A stretch of 60,481 nt of DNA, the filler included, from Sluysia triapertura (taxonomy: Eukaryota), in assembly GCA_046118255.1 (NCBI GenBank). It is 4 parts of 4 records of this genome, joined end to end, with 100 filler letters (N's around TTAATTAATTAA, not from the genome) between each part and the next. Parts side by side here need not be neighbours in the genome. Positions count along the whole stretch, not along the records: positions 16,078 to 31,540 come from JBJNIA010227458.1; positions 31,641 to 47,077 come from JBJNIA010228568.1; 2 more parts are not named here. One strand, written 5' to 3'. Below the pieces are notes generated by a model, which saw only the letters and a program-made list of their open reading frames with translations, was not told the origin of the DNA and did not search any database. Position numbers and translations under genes: made by a program. Shown one piece after another: positions 24,073 through 36,880 of the stretch (positions are counted from its first letter, which is position 1; every line of letters begins with the position of its first letter).

Positions 24073-24939
24073 ATGGATAATAACGAAATTAAGGAAGAAA
24101 AGAAACAACCTAGAAGTAGGCATGATGATGAAGAATGTATGTTTATTAATTGTTTACATAATTACTTTATGCAATTGGTAAAAGAAAAGGAAAGGGTATA
24201 TAAGAAGAGAAAAGAGATAGAAGAACGACAAAAATCAAAAATAATCAAAAGTGCTCAACAAATTGAAGAAGAAAGAAAGCATGCCGAAGCAATTGTAAGT
24301 AGATGGATGAAGCATTGTGGTATAACAAACGAAGACGAGGATAGAAAATCAACATTAAGTGATATTAATTATGTATTAAACCTAGAAGAAGAAGAAGAAA
24401 CAGATAGCTCATACGATCAAGAAGAAATAGATGATATACTCTCAGATACTGAGCCAATGGTTATTTTAGATAATGAAGAAGATATACCAACCGAGGAAAA
24501 TGGTACACAAAAAACAACATTCAGAGGTTTATCCAAAGAGGTAGAAATATTTCTTTCAGATTTAGCAGACGATCAAAACACGGATAAAAATTTAAATATA
24601 CTTTTAAAGATGAATTTAGATATGTTTAATAGACAAAGTATTCGGTCATGTTTACTTTACTCAAGTTCGGCAGATAGCCCACATAGCTTGAAGGAAAGAC
24701 AATTATTAAGAAAAATAGGTTTAGCTGATAGAATAGAGCAACCTGGCACATTGATGAAAATTAACATACTACTAGCTGAATTAATAAATGTACATATGGA
24801 AATGCCTGTTACTATAGTAATAGAAAATGTAATAGATATGCTTATATTAAACGATCCATCAATATTAAGTGCGAAACTATATTTCTTTAATAGATATTTA
24901 GAACCTAGAGAATATTTAATAGATTACGGTATCCGTTAG
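24073..24939 (+). CDS. Unknown acidic/coiled-coil post-gag ORF (288 aa)
   Basis: Long ORF in very AT-rich DNA, with a homolog at 3640-4490. No protease or RT motif. Confidence 0.65.
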   Translation: MDNNEIKEEKKQPRSRHDDEECMFINCLHNYFMQLVKEKERVYKKRKEIEERQKSKIIKSAQQIEEERKHAEAIVSRWMKHCGITNEDEDRKSTLSDINYVLNLEEEEETDSSYDQEEIDDILSDTEPMVILDNEEDIPTEENGTQKTTFRGLSKEVEIFLSDLADDQNTDKNLNILLKMNLDMFNRQSIRSCLLYSSSADSPHSLKERQLLRKIGLADRIEQPGTLMKINILLAELINVHMEMPVTIVIENVIDMLILNDPSILSAKLYFFNRYLEPREYLIDYGIR

Positions 24940-25303
24940 GTGATCATGATGAAATGATAAAGGCAGAAATAGTACATGAGAATACAAATGATGTTGAAAA
25001 CGAAACAAATAAAAAAGATAATGAATCCCCATGTGCGTTACTAAGACAATTAATGAAGGATGATGATATACATGTAGTTGACATTGGTGCTGAAGCAACT
25101 GGTTATATAGTGAACCTTAATAAAAAAACCCACATATAGAAACCGTCGACAAGGAAACAAATACAAAGACCTGGGCGTCCACGAAGAGACGAAAATGATA
25201 TAATAACCGCACATATTGTTAAGAATACTATTGATCTGTCAAAAATAAACTGCGAAAATGACGATGAAATTGAATTAGATACTAAAGGAATAATCTATGC
25301 CAT

Positions 25304-25875
25304 TTTATCGGAAAAATTTATTAATTTTACTAATTTTTCCATGCACAAGTAATTTTATTTTGCTTAAGGGGATTCACTGAAAGGGAATCATAAAATCGAC
25401 TTAAAATCCATTTTTATTTTTATCAACACCTTAAGAAGGGTTGCGAAGTATCCTTATAAATTTCTTAACAACCAACCAAGGTTGAGTTGTCTCTTGTAAA
25501 ATCTTATTGTTATTATAATTTATCGTTTGTGAAATTTTAATTTTACTAAGTGTAGGTTGTAAAACTTTTAAGTAATAAACTTTAGTTGGTTAAGCTTTAT
25601 TAATTTTTCGAATAAACTGATTCTTCGAAGCAACACCTTAATACGGGTTGCGTAATTATAAAATATATAATTAAAAGATTAATTGAGAAATTTCTTAAGA
25701 AGCCAATTGTTATTATGCAGTAAGGTATAAGCAAAAGCTTTAAGGTCTTTAGTTAAATATAAATAATAAAATCCTAATAATACGTCTCCAGTAGTGCTAT
25801 AAATCGTATATATTAGGTGAACCGACTCCTTAGATATTTTGTAAGTAAGATTAAGATTTAAAAGAAATACTTGCA
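25304..25875 (+). repeat. 5'-truncated 3' LTR of the family C element
   Basis: Direct repeat of ~19250-19902. Confidence 0.88.
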
Positions 25876-25877
25876 AT

Positions 25878-27406
25878 TAGGGTTTCTAATATCGGGATCC
25901 CAGGATACCGGACCTTTTTCCAATTCGCAGCTTCAAAATACCGGTTTTTCGGTATCACCAGAAAATTTTTAAGAAGATTTTAGTTAAATTTTATAAAACA
26001 TTTCGCGTGATGAAGAAGGAAGGAATATCATATGAATGTTTTAAGATCGGCAATATATTTAAATTTCATTATTAGATTGGAAAGTTGATTGGATGTATTA
26101 TATCGAAAAAAACTCGAAAAATAATAACGTAAATATTCTGGACATATAACTTTCGAATTCTGACTTTGAAGAAAGTGAATGCGATTTTGATAATGTTAGT
26201 TTTGAACCAGAAATTTCCTATGGAGAAGAATTGTCATGTAATCATTTTTGCAAGACGTAATTGATAAAATTCGAAAAATCCTCAAAATATTTAAACGTTC
26301 CCCCACTAAAAATGCACAGAAATACGTACTTAAAGAAAATATAACAGAGTATATGTTGTCATTAGATTATAAAACGCGTTGGAATAGTTTACTTATAATG
26401 ATGGAACGGTTTTTGAAACTAAAAAATCCAATTAAAAAACAGTTATTGATTTGAACTTGCCTACTGATTTTTCCGAAGGTGAATTTGACTTAATGTCTAG
26501 GAATGTTTCTCCGCTTTACTTCCCGCTGTAGAGGTATTATGCCGTAGAGATGCCAATCTATTGACGGCAGATGCGACAATTAATTTTATGTTACAATCAC
26601 TAAGGAAACAACATATACAACTATCGTATGAATCGGGTAGAAGAAAGCACACTGAAATAGAAGATATTTTACTGTATCTAAACAATTATAATAATTACAA
26701 AAATGAAAAAGATAAGAAAATGTCTAAAGCTTCAAATTTAATCTTTTTTAATGTAAATTTCATTGAAACATTTTATCTGGATACTTGTAGTCATTCAGAA
26801 GAAATCTATAAAGGTATAGAGAACGAGAATGACAGCAAAGATGATGATAAAAAGAAACTTACGCATAAGGAAAGATTAGAATTAGCGATTATTAACAAAA
26901 TATATACAAGTATATACTAAATATATACAGATATATTAGCAACCATCCATCGAGAAGTAGACTTGTTTTTACATGATGGATTTAGAGGTAAATATTTAGA
27001 AAAGATATATCGTGCATTTTTAACCATTCCTCCAACTAGCGTAGAAGCTGAAAGAGCTTTTTCGACTGCTGGTAATTTTGCACTAAACTACTCTCCAAAC
27101 TTAATGACAATACAGTTGATGTGCTGTGTTTTCTAAGATCGCATTTTAAAAATATGCAATAATTGTCCCGAATGCACAACAATTTTTCGTGATTTAAAGA
27201 AATAAAAGATCTGTTGCAGTTTAATATTTTTCTTTTTATTGTTATTATTTAAAATATGTTTATAACATTTTATTTTCATTAAAAATCAGCAAATTAAACA
27301 AAACCCAGTAAGGCTTGGAATTTTTTATAATATCTAATGCCGATATTAAAATAGGTATCCCGGTATTGAATTTTAGAAATACCAAATACCAGTATTAGAA
27401 ATCCTA
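25878..27406 (+). mobile_element. hAT DNA transposon, internally deleted
   Basis: TIRs TAGGGTTTCTAATATCGG / CCAGTATTAGAAATCCTA. Perfect 8-bp TSD CTTGCAAT (25870-25877, 27407-27414). Transposase remnants LDYKTRWNS and TIPPTSVEAERAFSTAG. Confidence 0.95.
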
Positions 27407-27412
27407 CTTGCA

Positions 27413-27708
27413 ATATTATTATAAACGCTATTGTTAATTTTGTTATTTTAGTTATTTTTAGTATTGTTTAGTGGAGAGTCATACTAATAACTATAAATTC
27501 TAATTTGCTTTTGTTTAATAGTAAATTATTGCCTTATTTCTGATTTGATTTTTAAGAGCTTAATTTTTGGGAAATTGTTATTAATATTAAGTAAGAGAAT
27601 TACTGCAAAATTATACTTGATATAGTGACTACTTAATTATTATGATTCTTTTAAGCTGATCAAGTTAATAATGAGTTATCATAACTAATAATATTTAAAG
27701 ACGCAACA
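27413..27708 (+). repeat. LTR-like repeat B, right part
   Basis: Matches 38739-39064 and ends GCAACA. Confidence 0.85.
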
Positions 27709-27709
27709 T

Positions 27710-27850
27710 AAGGATATTTATAAAATAAGATTGATAAAATCCTAACTTTAATATAGTAGGATGAATTAAATATAATCCTAGACCTTACAGGTTAGATTGA
27801 CTTATATTAAAATCAGCTTGAACCTACGATTTAATCTTAGGTGTTTAAAA

Positions 27851-27897
<47 letters not shown>

Positions 27898-28120
27898 TTA
27901 TCATTCTTATAACTATTTTAAATGTTCTATTGTACATTTCGCTAATAAATGTTCACGCATAAAGTTTATTTGATTTGAATTCTTTTACGTTTAAAATATC
28001 ATATTATTTGTCAGACCGTAACAGGCTCATTCAAAACTAAACACTGAAATACTCATTATATACGTGATTAACCTATCGAGAATTACGTGATTACTTCTAA
28101 GATCTAACGTACTACGTAAT
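27710..28120. repeat. Dispersed repeat F
   Basis: Colinear with 33807-34215 (CCTAGACC, AAAATCATTATTATT, GTCAGACCGTAA). Confidence 0.7.
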
Positions 28121-28289
28121 GGTTTCACGAAAAATCTTAATAGTGGTCCTTAAATTTTGCTAAGGTGTAAGATAAGCTCTTTCGTAATAAAACACTTGTA
28201 GAAACATGTATAATAATGTTAACAGCTAAAGAATACCTTCGAGTTCCAAAGACATACTGAAGCTTGAGGTGAGCTTGGAAAACCTTTCG

Positions 28290-29012
28290 AAGCATTAAAG
28301 TACCTTTGAACTTGTGAACCTTTGGATCACTGAAGACCTTATCGACCTTTAAGGATACCTGAAAAATCGATAGGAAAAGCCTGTCGACCCTTATTAACCA
28401 TACAAAGTATTTAAAATCTATAAAATATTTGAGAAATAAAATCCTTGTTACAGTATTAAAGATAAATCTGGTATGGTAATAATTAACATAAATTAGAAAA
28501 AAGAATCAGGGGATGAAGGTGAATGCCTTAAAAACTACTAAATAACTTTAGAATCTTAATAAAATATTTAAACATAAAATAATATTACGTTTAAAATATA
28601 TTAATTAATTAAAATCTTAATTAATTTAATTAAGAAAAGTACGTTTTTGTGAATAACTTTTAAATGCGGAATGCTATATTAAATTTGAAATTGTTTACGT
28701 ATTTGTTTTAAAAAGATATTTCGTTGAAGGTATGGTTTGACCGAGTTCATGCAAGGAAAGCCTTAATATTGACCAAGGTCAAATTTTAATTAATTTTTTA
28801 TTAAGAAATGTTGAATTTTTTATATTCAGAATGATGAAAATATAATGAATTGAATATGAGATGATTTCTATGAAAGAGGAGAATCTATAAGCGCGTTTCA
28901 AATGTCTGTGGATCAGTTTGTTTGAGAATAAGAACTTTAAACATTTGTCATTAGAAAAATGTGTATGAAAAATTGAAAATCAATTAAATTCTGGAAAGTA
29001 AAATTAAATTCA
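28290..29012 (+). repeat. Dispersed repeat G, probable decayed retroelement coding region
   Basis: Colinear with 32375-33080 (AAGGTATGGTTTGA.CGAGTTCAT.CAAG.AAAGCCTTAATATT). Translation KVWFDRVHSRKALILGKVKF resembles a protease C-terminal half. Confidence 0.7.
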
Positions 29013-29296
29013 TTAAAATCACAAATCTCAAATGCCTATTAGTAAAAATGTATAGTATACAAATTTATTAATATTAAAAACTTAAGGGGCAAGAAAACAA
29101 GTAACAATTAAATACATTTATTAAAAATCTTTATAAAAATCTGAAAACGACAATAAGTCATCATAAAATTCGTCATCAAAATCATCATCATTTTCATTGT
29201 TAAGAAAATAGTGTTCATAAATTACACTTTGATTTTTTCCAGCCACTACTTCTTGTCATCGTTGTTGGAGAGTGCAATTTTCCTCGTTTTATTACA

Positions 29297-29462
29297 CAGT
29301 CAAACATGTTTTTATGCGGGAGATAGGAATCGTATAAAAAATACGCATAAAACATATACCGAAACTTTGAAAATAGCTTTAAAAAATTTTGTTTTGCAAA
29401 ACAATCAAAAAAATTTTTGTGTGGTGACAGGTACAATAATCGCACAAAAACAGGTTTGACTA
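29297..29462. mobile_element. ~165-bp pogo/Tigger-like MITE
   Basis: TIRs CAGTCAAACATGTTTTTATGCG / CGCACAAAAACAGGTTTGACTA, related to the MITE at 9848. Confidence 0.75.
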
Positions 29463-29900
29463 TATATAAGTGATGGTTATGGAACTGTGGTACCCCAGTA
29501 ATGTACTGTATTTTTAATATCACTTATAGTCACATATTAACATAAATCCACTTACGAATATTTTCTACATTTCACAGCATCATCTCATATCACGTAAATC
29601 ACAAAACTCAAAATAAAATCATTACTATTATGACTGATTGTAATTTGATCATAATTATTTTGTCGATATTGCCTCCTTCGTCTGCTTTGGCATCACTATT
29701 AATGTTAAACTTAATGTTCAGTAACTTACTTTTTATCAAATATTTTCCTTTTGAAAGAATGAAACATGTAGAACATATTTTCTACAATAGAAATATTAAT
29801 GACATGATCTAATTTTTAAAAAAATGTGAAATAAAATGTGACAAAACTTTTTATATCGTATTATTCTCAAATGCTTATCGTTTATTTCGTATCACAAATT

Positions 29901-30257
29901 ATGGCAATTGTCTTGCAAACCTTTAGTGTCCAAAACAGTAACCGGTGCTACATCGGGACTTGGAAAGTAATTTGCACTTGAATTAGCCCAACGAAATTGT
30001 AAAGTGCTACTTGGTTGTAGAAATATGAAATTACCTTAATCTGTCATGGACGAAATTTAAACTAAAATCCACAAGTGGATATTCTAATTATTAATCTAGG
30101 TATGACTAATTTAAATCAATTGAAGTATTTGCATCTAATAGAAGAACGAGTTGATGTTTTGATTAATAATAATAGTATTAAGGCTGGACATTTTCGCTTG
30201 ATTCCAGATTCAGATTTAGAAGAAGATATGGCTGTGGTGTCTTGGGTCTTGCCATGA
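29901..30257 (+). pseudogene. Short-chain dehydrogenase/reductase (RDH-like) N-terminal fragment
   Basis: TVTGATSGLGK*FALELAQRNCKVLLGCRN...ERVDVLINN (TGxxxGxG motif), with in-frame stops. Confidence 0.85.
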
Positions 30258-30468
30258 TTTGTGGAGTAATACTTTTGACACCATTTTTATGGGTGATGTA
30301 TGTTTGGAGGCGTATATTTGTTATATAAATTTAAATTTAAGACTAGTTTGACAAGTTTATTTTTATCTAAGAATTTAGTAAAAATCTTTTCATAATTATT
30401 TGGATGGAATTTTAAAAGATGGCCTATTACATCGTAATTAGTTTCTGTCATGACACTAATAAGTCGAC

Positions 30469-31422
30469 TTATGTATTATATTTCGACATTCTTTGCTTAT
30501 AGTTTTTACTATGTTTAAACTTATTTGTCTTATAAATTTTAAATAAATTTCCGGCTCGAATACATTTACGTATTAATTCATTTATTCTAAATTTTAATTC
30601 ATCAATAGTTCTATGCTTATTTGATTCAAAAAGATATATACATAGTATTTTATTTAACAAGTAACTAAGTAACGTTTTAGAAACATAAAGACTAAATTTA
30701 TTAGAATAGTAAATTATTAAAATTTTAAAATTGAAACCGTCAACAATGAAAATTAAAAATGCAAAATGTTTCTTTTCATCTTCAACCCCCATTTTCCACA
30801 AACTTTTCTGCTGCATTTCGCGGATCCACCTAAGATATTTACAGACTAAATTAAAAATTAATAGATATATAAAATTAACACTCACAAGGCTACTCTTCAT
30901 ATTGATCATGATGTAGTCCTTAAAAATTGCGGATTGATTACCACCAAGTATATCTATGACATTATCATGACATTGTGGTCGTAATTTCAATGAATATGAT
31001 CCAAAGTCTGAATTTTTTTGATCATCATCATTATTTATTAATAAAATTTGATCCGAATAATCATGTTTTTCCAAATAGCCTAATTTATCAAATAAGTCTT
31101 TCATTTCTTGAAGATTCATATTTTGACATCGATGACTTACAATCGAATTGGTCTGAATTTTAGTTTTTATATTTGAATTAGCTGTAATTGGTTTAGCGCG
31201 CGCATCGTTTTCTGGGGAATTCTTATAGGAAAAATTGTGATCTATGTCATGACATAAATCGTATTCCAATTTTTCAGCAATCTTTGACGTATTTTTGTAT
31301 TTACTCACAAGGTAGTTTTTAAACTTTTCGTCTGAATAACAATCTGGATCATCATCAATTTTATTATCATTGTTCTTATCATAACTGTTATTGTTATTGC
31401 CATCACTAGTGATAGTGTTCAA
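30469..31422 (-). CDS. Unknown protein (5' end uncertain), paralog of 34603-35516
   Basis: 317-codon ORF. DQILLINNDDDQ and IREMQQKSLW match DQILSTNYDCQ and ILEMQQEEHW. Possible 40-nt intron at 30846-30885. Confidence 0.5.
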   Translation of the reverse strand: MNTITSDGNNNNSYDKNNDNKIDDDPDCYSDEKFKNYLVSKYKNTSKIAEKLEYDLCHDIDHNFSYKNSPENDARAKPITANSNIKTKIQTNSIVSHRCQNMNLQEMKDLFDKLGYLEKHDYSDQILLINNDDDQKNSDFGSYSLKLRPQCHDNVIDILGGNQSAIFKDYIMINMKSSLVSVNFIYLLIFNLVCKYLRWIREMQQKSLWKMGVEDEKKHFAFLIFIVDGFNFKILIIYYSNKFSLYVSKTLLSYLLNKILCIYLFESNKHRTIDELKFRINELIRKCIRAGNLFKIYKTNKFKHSKNYKQRMSKYNT

Positions 31423-31540
31423 GGAACGATATCGTCTGGAACCGGCAAAGTATCGTACTCATCACTTAAAATAATTTCTTTATGATTACTAAATAAAGCT
31501 TTATTTTTCTTCAACGATTTTAGTAGTTTTGCTTTGGATA

Positions 31541-31640
31541 NNNNNNNNNNNNNNNNNNNNNNNNNNNNNNNNNNNNNNNNNNNNTTAATTAATTAANNNN
31601 NNNNNNNNNNNNNNNNNNNNNNNNNNNNNNNNNNNNNNNN
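31541..31640. other. Artificial contig spacer
   Basis: N44-TTAATTAATTAA-N44. Confidence 0.97.
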
Positions 31641-32374
31641 TTTTTATTACTAATTCTTAGAATTTTTTATTAAATTTTTTACTAATTAGTTTTTTATAAA
31701 TTTAAATTTACAATTTACAAATCTTTGTAAAATTAAAATTATTTACGATTAAAATTATACAAATTTAGAATAGCAATTTAAATATTTGTAAAATTGTTTT
31801 GTTTTTTATTCTCTACAAAACGAAACACTTACAAAGCATTTCCAATTCATTTATAAATTATTCTCATTGCATTATTCTTAACATTATCTATTTAATGATT
31901 TTGTTTTAAGAATTAATTATAAATTGACTTTGCTTAGTTTTAAGGTTTTCTTTGCACTATCTCTGTGAGTCATTTCTTTCATAAAGTCCAATTAAAATAA
32001 ATTCATACACTGTTATGATTTTAACATATAATCCATCAATCAAATGTTTTCTTTATAAAAAACTTGTTTTTCTTAATTTTAGGATTTTAATTAATCAATC
32101 TATTTTGCGAATTTACTTTACTTATTTCTTCTTTACTTATTTCTTCTTTACTTATTTCTTATTCAACAGTTGGGTAATCCCAAAAATAAAATTATTAGTA
32201 ATAATAATAGAAAACACGTTTAATGGATTAATGAATAACATAACCTAAAAACAGAGTAGTGAAGATGAAACACATGAAGCTGCCGAGTACCTTTATGAAC
32301 ATCAAACAAAGACTGTAAATTCTTTAAACTGAATGTTTTTACAAAAATGTAAATTTGGAAAAAGTTTTGAATCG

Positions 32375-33080
32375 TTCAAGTACCTTTGAGCTTGTAGGGA
32401 TTTGACTATTTGAGACCTTATTAGCCGTTGGGAATCTTTGGAACCTTCAGGAATGTTTAGGACTATTGAGTAACCTCATAAAATATATGAAATCTTTAAA
32501 ATATTTAAAAGATTAAATCATTGTTACTAATATTAAAAATAAATTTGATATTTTAGTTATTAACATAAGTAGAAAAATGATTCAGAGTGGTGAAGATGAA
32601 AATATCTAGAAATCCCTAAGTGCCTTATAAAGTGCTAAGCAACTTAAAACCTTAATAAAATCTTTAAATGTAAAGTAAGATTAAGTCTAAAAATACGTTA
32701 CTTAATTAAAGTTTTAATTAAATTAATTAAGAAAAGTATGTTTTAGTGAATATTGTTTGAATGCTGAATGCTTTGTAAAAGTAGACACTGTAAACCTATC
32801 GATTAAGGTATGGTTTGATCGAGTTCATTCAAGAAAAGCCTTAATATTAGGCAAGGTGAAATTTTAAATAATTCTTAATTATAGAACGTTGAAATTTTTC
32901 ATATTTAGAATAGTGAAATGATGATAAATTTAATATTGGATGATTAATTTGAAAGAGGAGAATCCTGAAATGAATTTTAAATTTTGTGGGATGAGGATGA
33001 GAACCTTAAACTTTTCCATTAGAAAAATGGGCGTGAAAAACTTAAAATCAAATGAATTCTTAAACTAAAGCTAAATTCTT
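32375..33080 (+). repeat. Repeat G, copy 2
   Basis: Colinear with 28290-29012. Confidence 0.7.
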
Positions 33081-33479
33081 TATTTTTCTGTATGTTAACA
33101 AATAGTGATGCTTGTCATTTTATTGTGAGAAATAATTTATGTAAAGATACATTGAATAAAGTAAAAAAATTAATTGTTGAACATTAATCAATTTTGTACC
33201 CAACAACGTTTGACAGACCATACCATGTAATCGTCAAATCTGTTGTTGTCGTCTAATCCCCGAAAGAGGTTCTAATGATTTGTGGGAAAACTTTGATTGG
33301 AAAACTCAATAATGATTGGATGATGATAAGTATAAAAGGGAATACTTAAATATGTTGAAAAGCTAACATCATTAATATTTTATCTGGCATCATTGATATT
33401 TTATTTATTTTAATGTTTATTTTTATCATTGATATTTATTTATTCAAACATTTATGATATTGATATTTTATTCATTTTA

Positions 33480-33524
<45 letters not shown>

Positions 33525-33806
33525 GTTATTATTAATAAATATTATTCCTATTATTAAATGTTATTAAATATTATTAAATATTATTATATTAAAAGAAAAA
33601 AAGAAAATATTTACATATAATATTTTATTGACTAAACTTAAAAAATAATTTAATTCAAATTTGTTTTATCGCATTATTTAAAATAAATATAAATAATCAA
33701 AGATAGCGACTTTATTTTTGATTATATAAATGAAACATTATAACAACATTTTCGATATGGAATTCTGATCAATTATATCTTCGACAATGTCAAATTCCAT
33801 GAATAA

Positions 33807-34215
33807 GTAAGGTTATTTGAATTAAGATTAAAATAATCCTAACGTTAAACGGTATGACATCTAAAATCTCACTTAAAATCTATTAACTTTCCTAGACCGT
33901 AAAAGGCTAGGTTAATTTAAAGTAAAATCGATTTTTTGAAACCTAAAAAGTAATCTTACGGTTTTAAAATCATTATTATTGTTGTTATTTTATCATTTTT
34001 GTCATATTTGTTTTATTGTAGATAATGCATATTTCTTATAACAAATTATTTTTCTTTTAATTTAAAATACTGTACATTTCGTCAGACCGTAATCAGCTGA
34101 CCAAACAGGCTAACTTAAAGTTCATAATTCGTCCGTATTAAAGTAGTTGTGACTAATTTTCCACAAGAGACAATTTATTCGTTCGTGATTTATGCGATTA
34201 ATCTGACGTAGTACT
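33807..34215. repeat. Repeat F, copy 2
   Basis: Colinear with 27710-28120. Confidence 0.7.
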
Positions 34216-34602
34216 TTACCAATATCCTAGTAAAGCGCCTTTTTTTACAGATTTAAGTCATAACTATTAGGCGAGCTAACCTTCAGATTATTTCGTAAGT
34301 GTAACTTTAAATTTTCTCAGCCTAAAAACTTGTAAATAGTGCGAAACAGAATTTTAGAAACAACAAAAGCCATACATGTAGTGGCCAACAATCATAATTT
34401 AAAATTAATCAAAATATCATATTTAATTTTCACAAATGTTTATAAAATGTTTCTAAAAAAGACTGTCCTAATTAATAAAAATGTGTTGTCAGTACTAGAT
34501 AAGTACTTATGATTAAGGAATTAGTCAAAAGATAAAATAAAGATTCTACGATCAACAAACTACAATGGGTTTGTCAATGAAGATTCCATCAGGATTAACA
34601 AA

Positions 34603-35516
34603 ATGCATCTTATTTCTATTGACCTAAAATTATTAAAAATTACGATATCACGAGAAAGCAATCATGACGAAATTCAGGAAAGTACAAGAAGTTCAGTGTT
34701 TATTAGCGAAAAGATAAAAACCTTTGGTAATTATAAAAGCAATAAAGAAAAGTCAACTACATTTGGTAGCCATCATGATGATCAAATACTCTCTACAAAC
34801 TATGATTGTCAATAAAAAATGCTATGCCATGGTTAATTTCTGATTAATCCTGATATGTTAGGTGATTTTTGTTATTAATTAAAAATATAACTCCAATCAT
34901 TAAATTTGCCGACGTGTTTTGCATTATACTTGATTTTCTTAGTTTTAAGTTTATATTTTTATGTTATTGTCATTTAGATAACAAGCAATTCAATCGGATC
35001 CTGGAAATGCAACAAGAAGAACATTGGAGAAGTAAGACCAGAATTTCAGAAATAAAAATTACTGTTGAAACGTTATTAAAATTTAAAATTACAATTTCTT
35101 TTTTTAGTTGTGTAATAAAATTTTATAGTAGTTATTCTTTTAATATCAAGTTGTCAGAATTATTTCAAAACGTGATATTTGGGTTCAAACTAAATTTTAG
35201 TGCACCATCGAAAATACTTTATGACAACGATGAAACTAAGAAAATTTATAAAATCTTAAAAAATAACAAGTTCAAATATTTAATGAAACTTATTGGAACA
35301 TCAATGACTTTAACTCCAATTTTACCTGTAACTACGGTTATTCTTCAAAAACATGAACTAAATCTTGAAATATGTACTTTTATAACAAGTTCATTATTTA
35401 AATATAATTCTTCTATAATGAGTTTAAATGTAAAACTACATAATAATAATAGTAATAAGCCCTCAACTAGAATCGAAACTTCAAATTTATATGCCAACCT
35501 ATTGAATCACTTCTAA
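34603..35516 (+). pseudogene. Decayed paralog of unknown ORF 30469-31422
   Basis: Two shared motifs in the same order; interrupted by stops. Confidence 0.45.
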
Positions 35517-36496
35517 AATTATTCACAAAATATTATTCAATACCACTCGGCACATCATCCTCCATAATACAATAAAAAATTATAATATTGCGGCAATAGC
35601 AAATGTATACATGTTCCATGTATTTGTAATTATATTTTATTTTATTTAACTTATTTAGAATAAAATCTAATTTTAAATTTTTTAATAACACAGTAATTGT
35701 ATTGAATAAAATCTTATGTTTGGGAGGTCCTTGGCTCCACTTATTTTAAAATAGAATTAATACACAAACTGTGTTAAATTAAAGTAATATAATATTTAAA
35801 TGCTTTATATTATATTTTAAGCTGTTTAATAATTAATTTCTGACAGGATCCCTAGTCAACTTATTTTTAAATAATATTAGGTATTTGTTAACTTATTGTT
35901 ACAGAAATTCTCTCTTTACGACATAAAACGTTTAATGTAACCGGTCCTTGCTCAAAAATATTTTGCCCTAAGTTAAGAGTTAGCAAAAACCACAGCATTA
36001 TAGTAAAATAATGAATATTTTAGAATTAAAACCTTTATAGGTATTTAACTAATTATACATAAATTTTGTCATCATTAAATGGGGTTTGGAAAAATTTTAT
36101 TAAAACATTTTACCTAGATTTTACTTTTCAAGAAAACCTACATTTAAAAAGTTATAAACTTACTAATTTTATAATCACAATAAAATAGAATGGAATTGCT
36201 TAAAAATTCGAAAAATAATGAATTGATATTAAAGTAACTGAATTAGTAAATCTAAATGCTGTTTATTGTCTTTGTGATTGAAGCGTTACTAATATGTGCT
36301 AGACATCATCCATTCACAATCATGTATAATACTGAAAAATTCTTGTTTTCGTTTTTAGGAAACATTTTCTTTTTTCGAAATTTTGTATTTTTAAGAGTTG
36401 TGATAACATAACAAAATAGATTTTAAAATTTAAGTAAGGCTTATGTAAATATTGTTAAATATTATATTGTCATTAATTTTAATGTAATATTTTATT

Positions 36497-36880
36497 TAAG
36501 GTGGCCAGATGTCCCGCGTCCCGCGACGTTTTCAAAAGTCCCGACTTTCAGAATTAAGTTAAATTTTATATTTATGAAAATCATTGTTTTGGTTCTAAGA
36601 ATCCTATGGGCTACCACGACTAACATATTGTTTTTGCTACCCAGTTACATTATATTTGTCTCTCACATTATACATTTCGTGTTCGTACTTCGTGATAGCA
36701 AGCTAATTAAACAAATAAATATTACAAATCTGCTACTTACCATAGAAAATTAAGGTAAATCTTATGTTAAAAATAAAAAAATATTACGATATTATTTTTA
36801 TTCTGTATGAAATATTTTTTGATACTTCCCCCTCCTTCAGAGTTGTCCCGCTTTCCCCATCTAAAAATCTGGTCACTTTA
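36497..36880. mobile_element. hAT-type MITE
   Basis: TIRs TAAGGTGGCCAGAT / ATCTGGTCACTTTA and subterminal GTCCCG repeats. TSD not preserved. Confidence 0.7.

Larger units (their letters stand above)
18823..25875 (+). mobile_element. Family C LTR retrotransposon, internally deleted (no RT/RH/IN)
   Basis: 5' LTR 18823-19902, PBS, long leader, gag, partial 3' LTR ~25304-25875. The 4-bp TSD ATAT (18819-18822 / 27413-27416) is reconstructed from the empty site near 38738. Confidence 0.88.
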
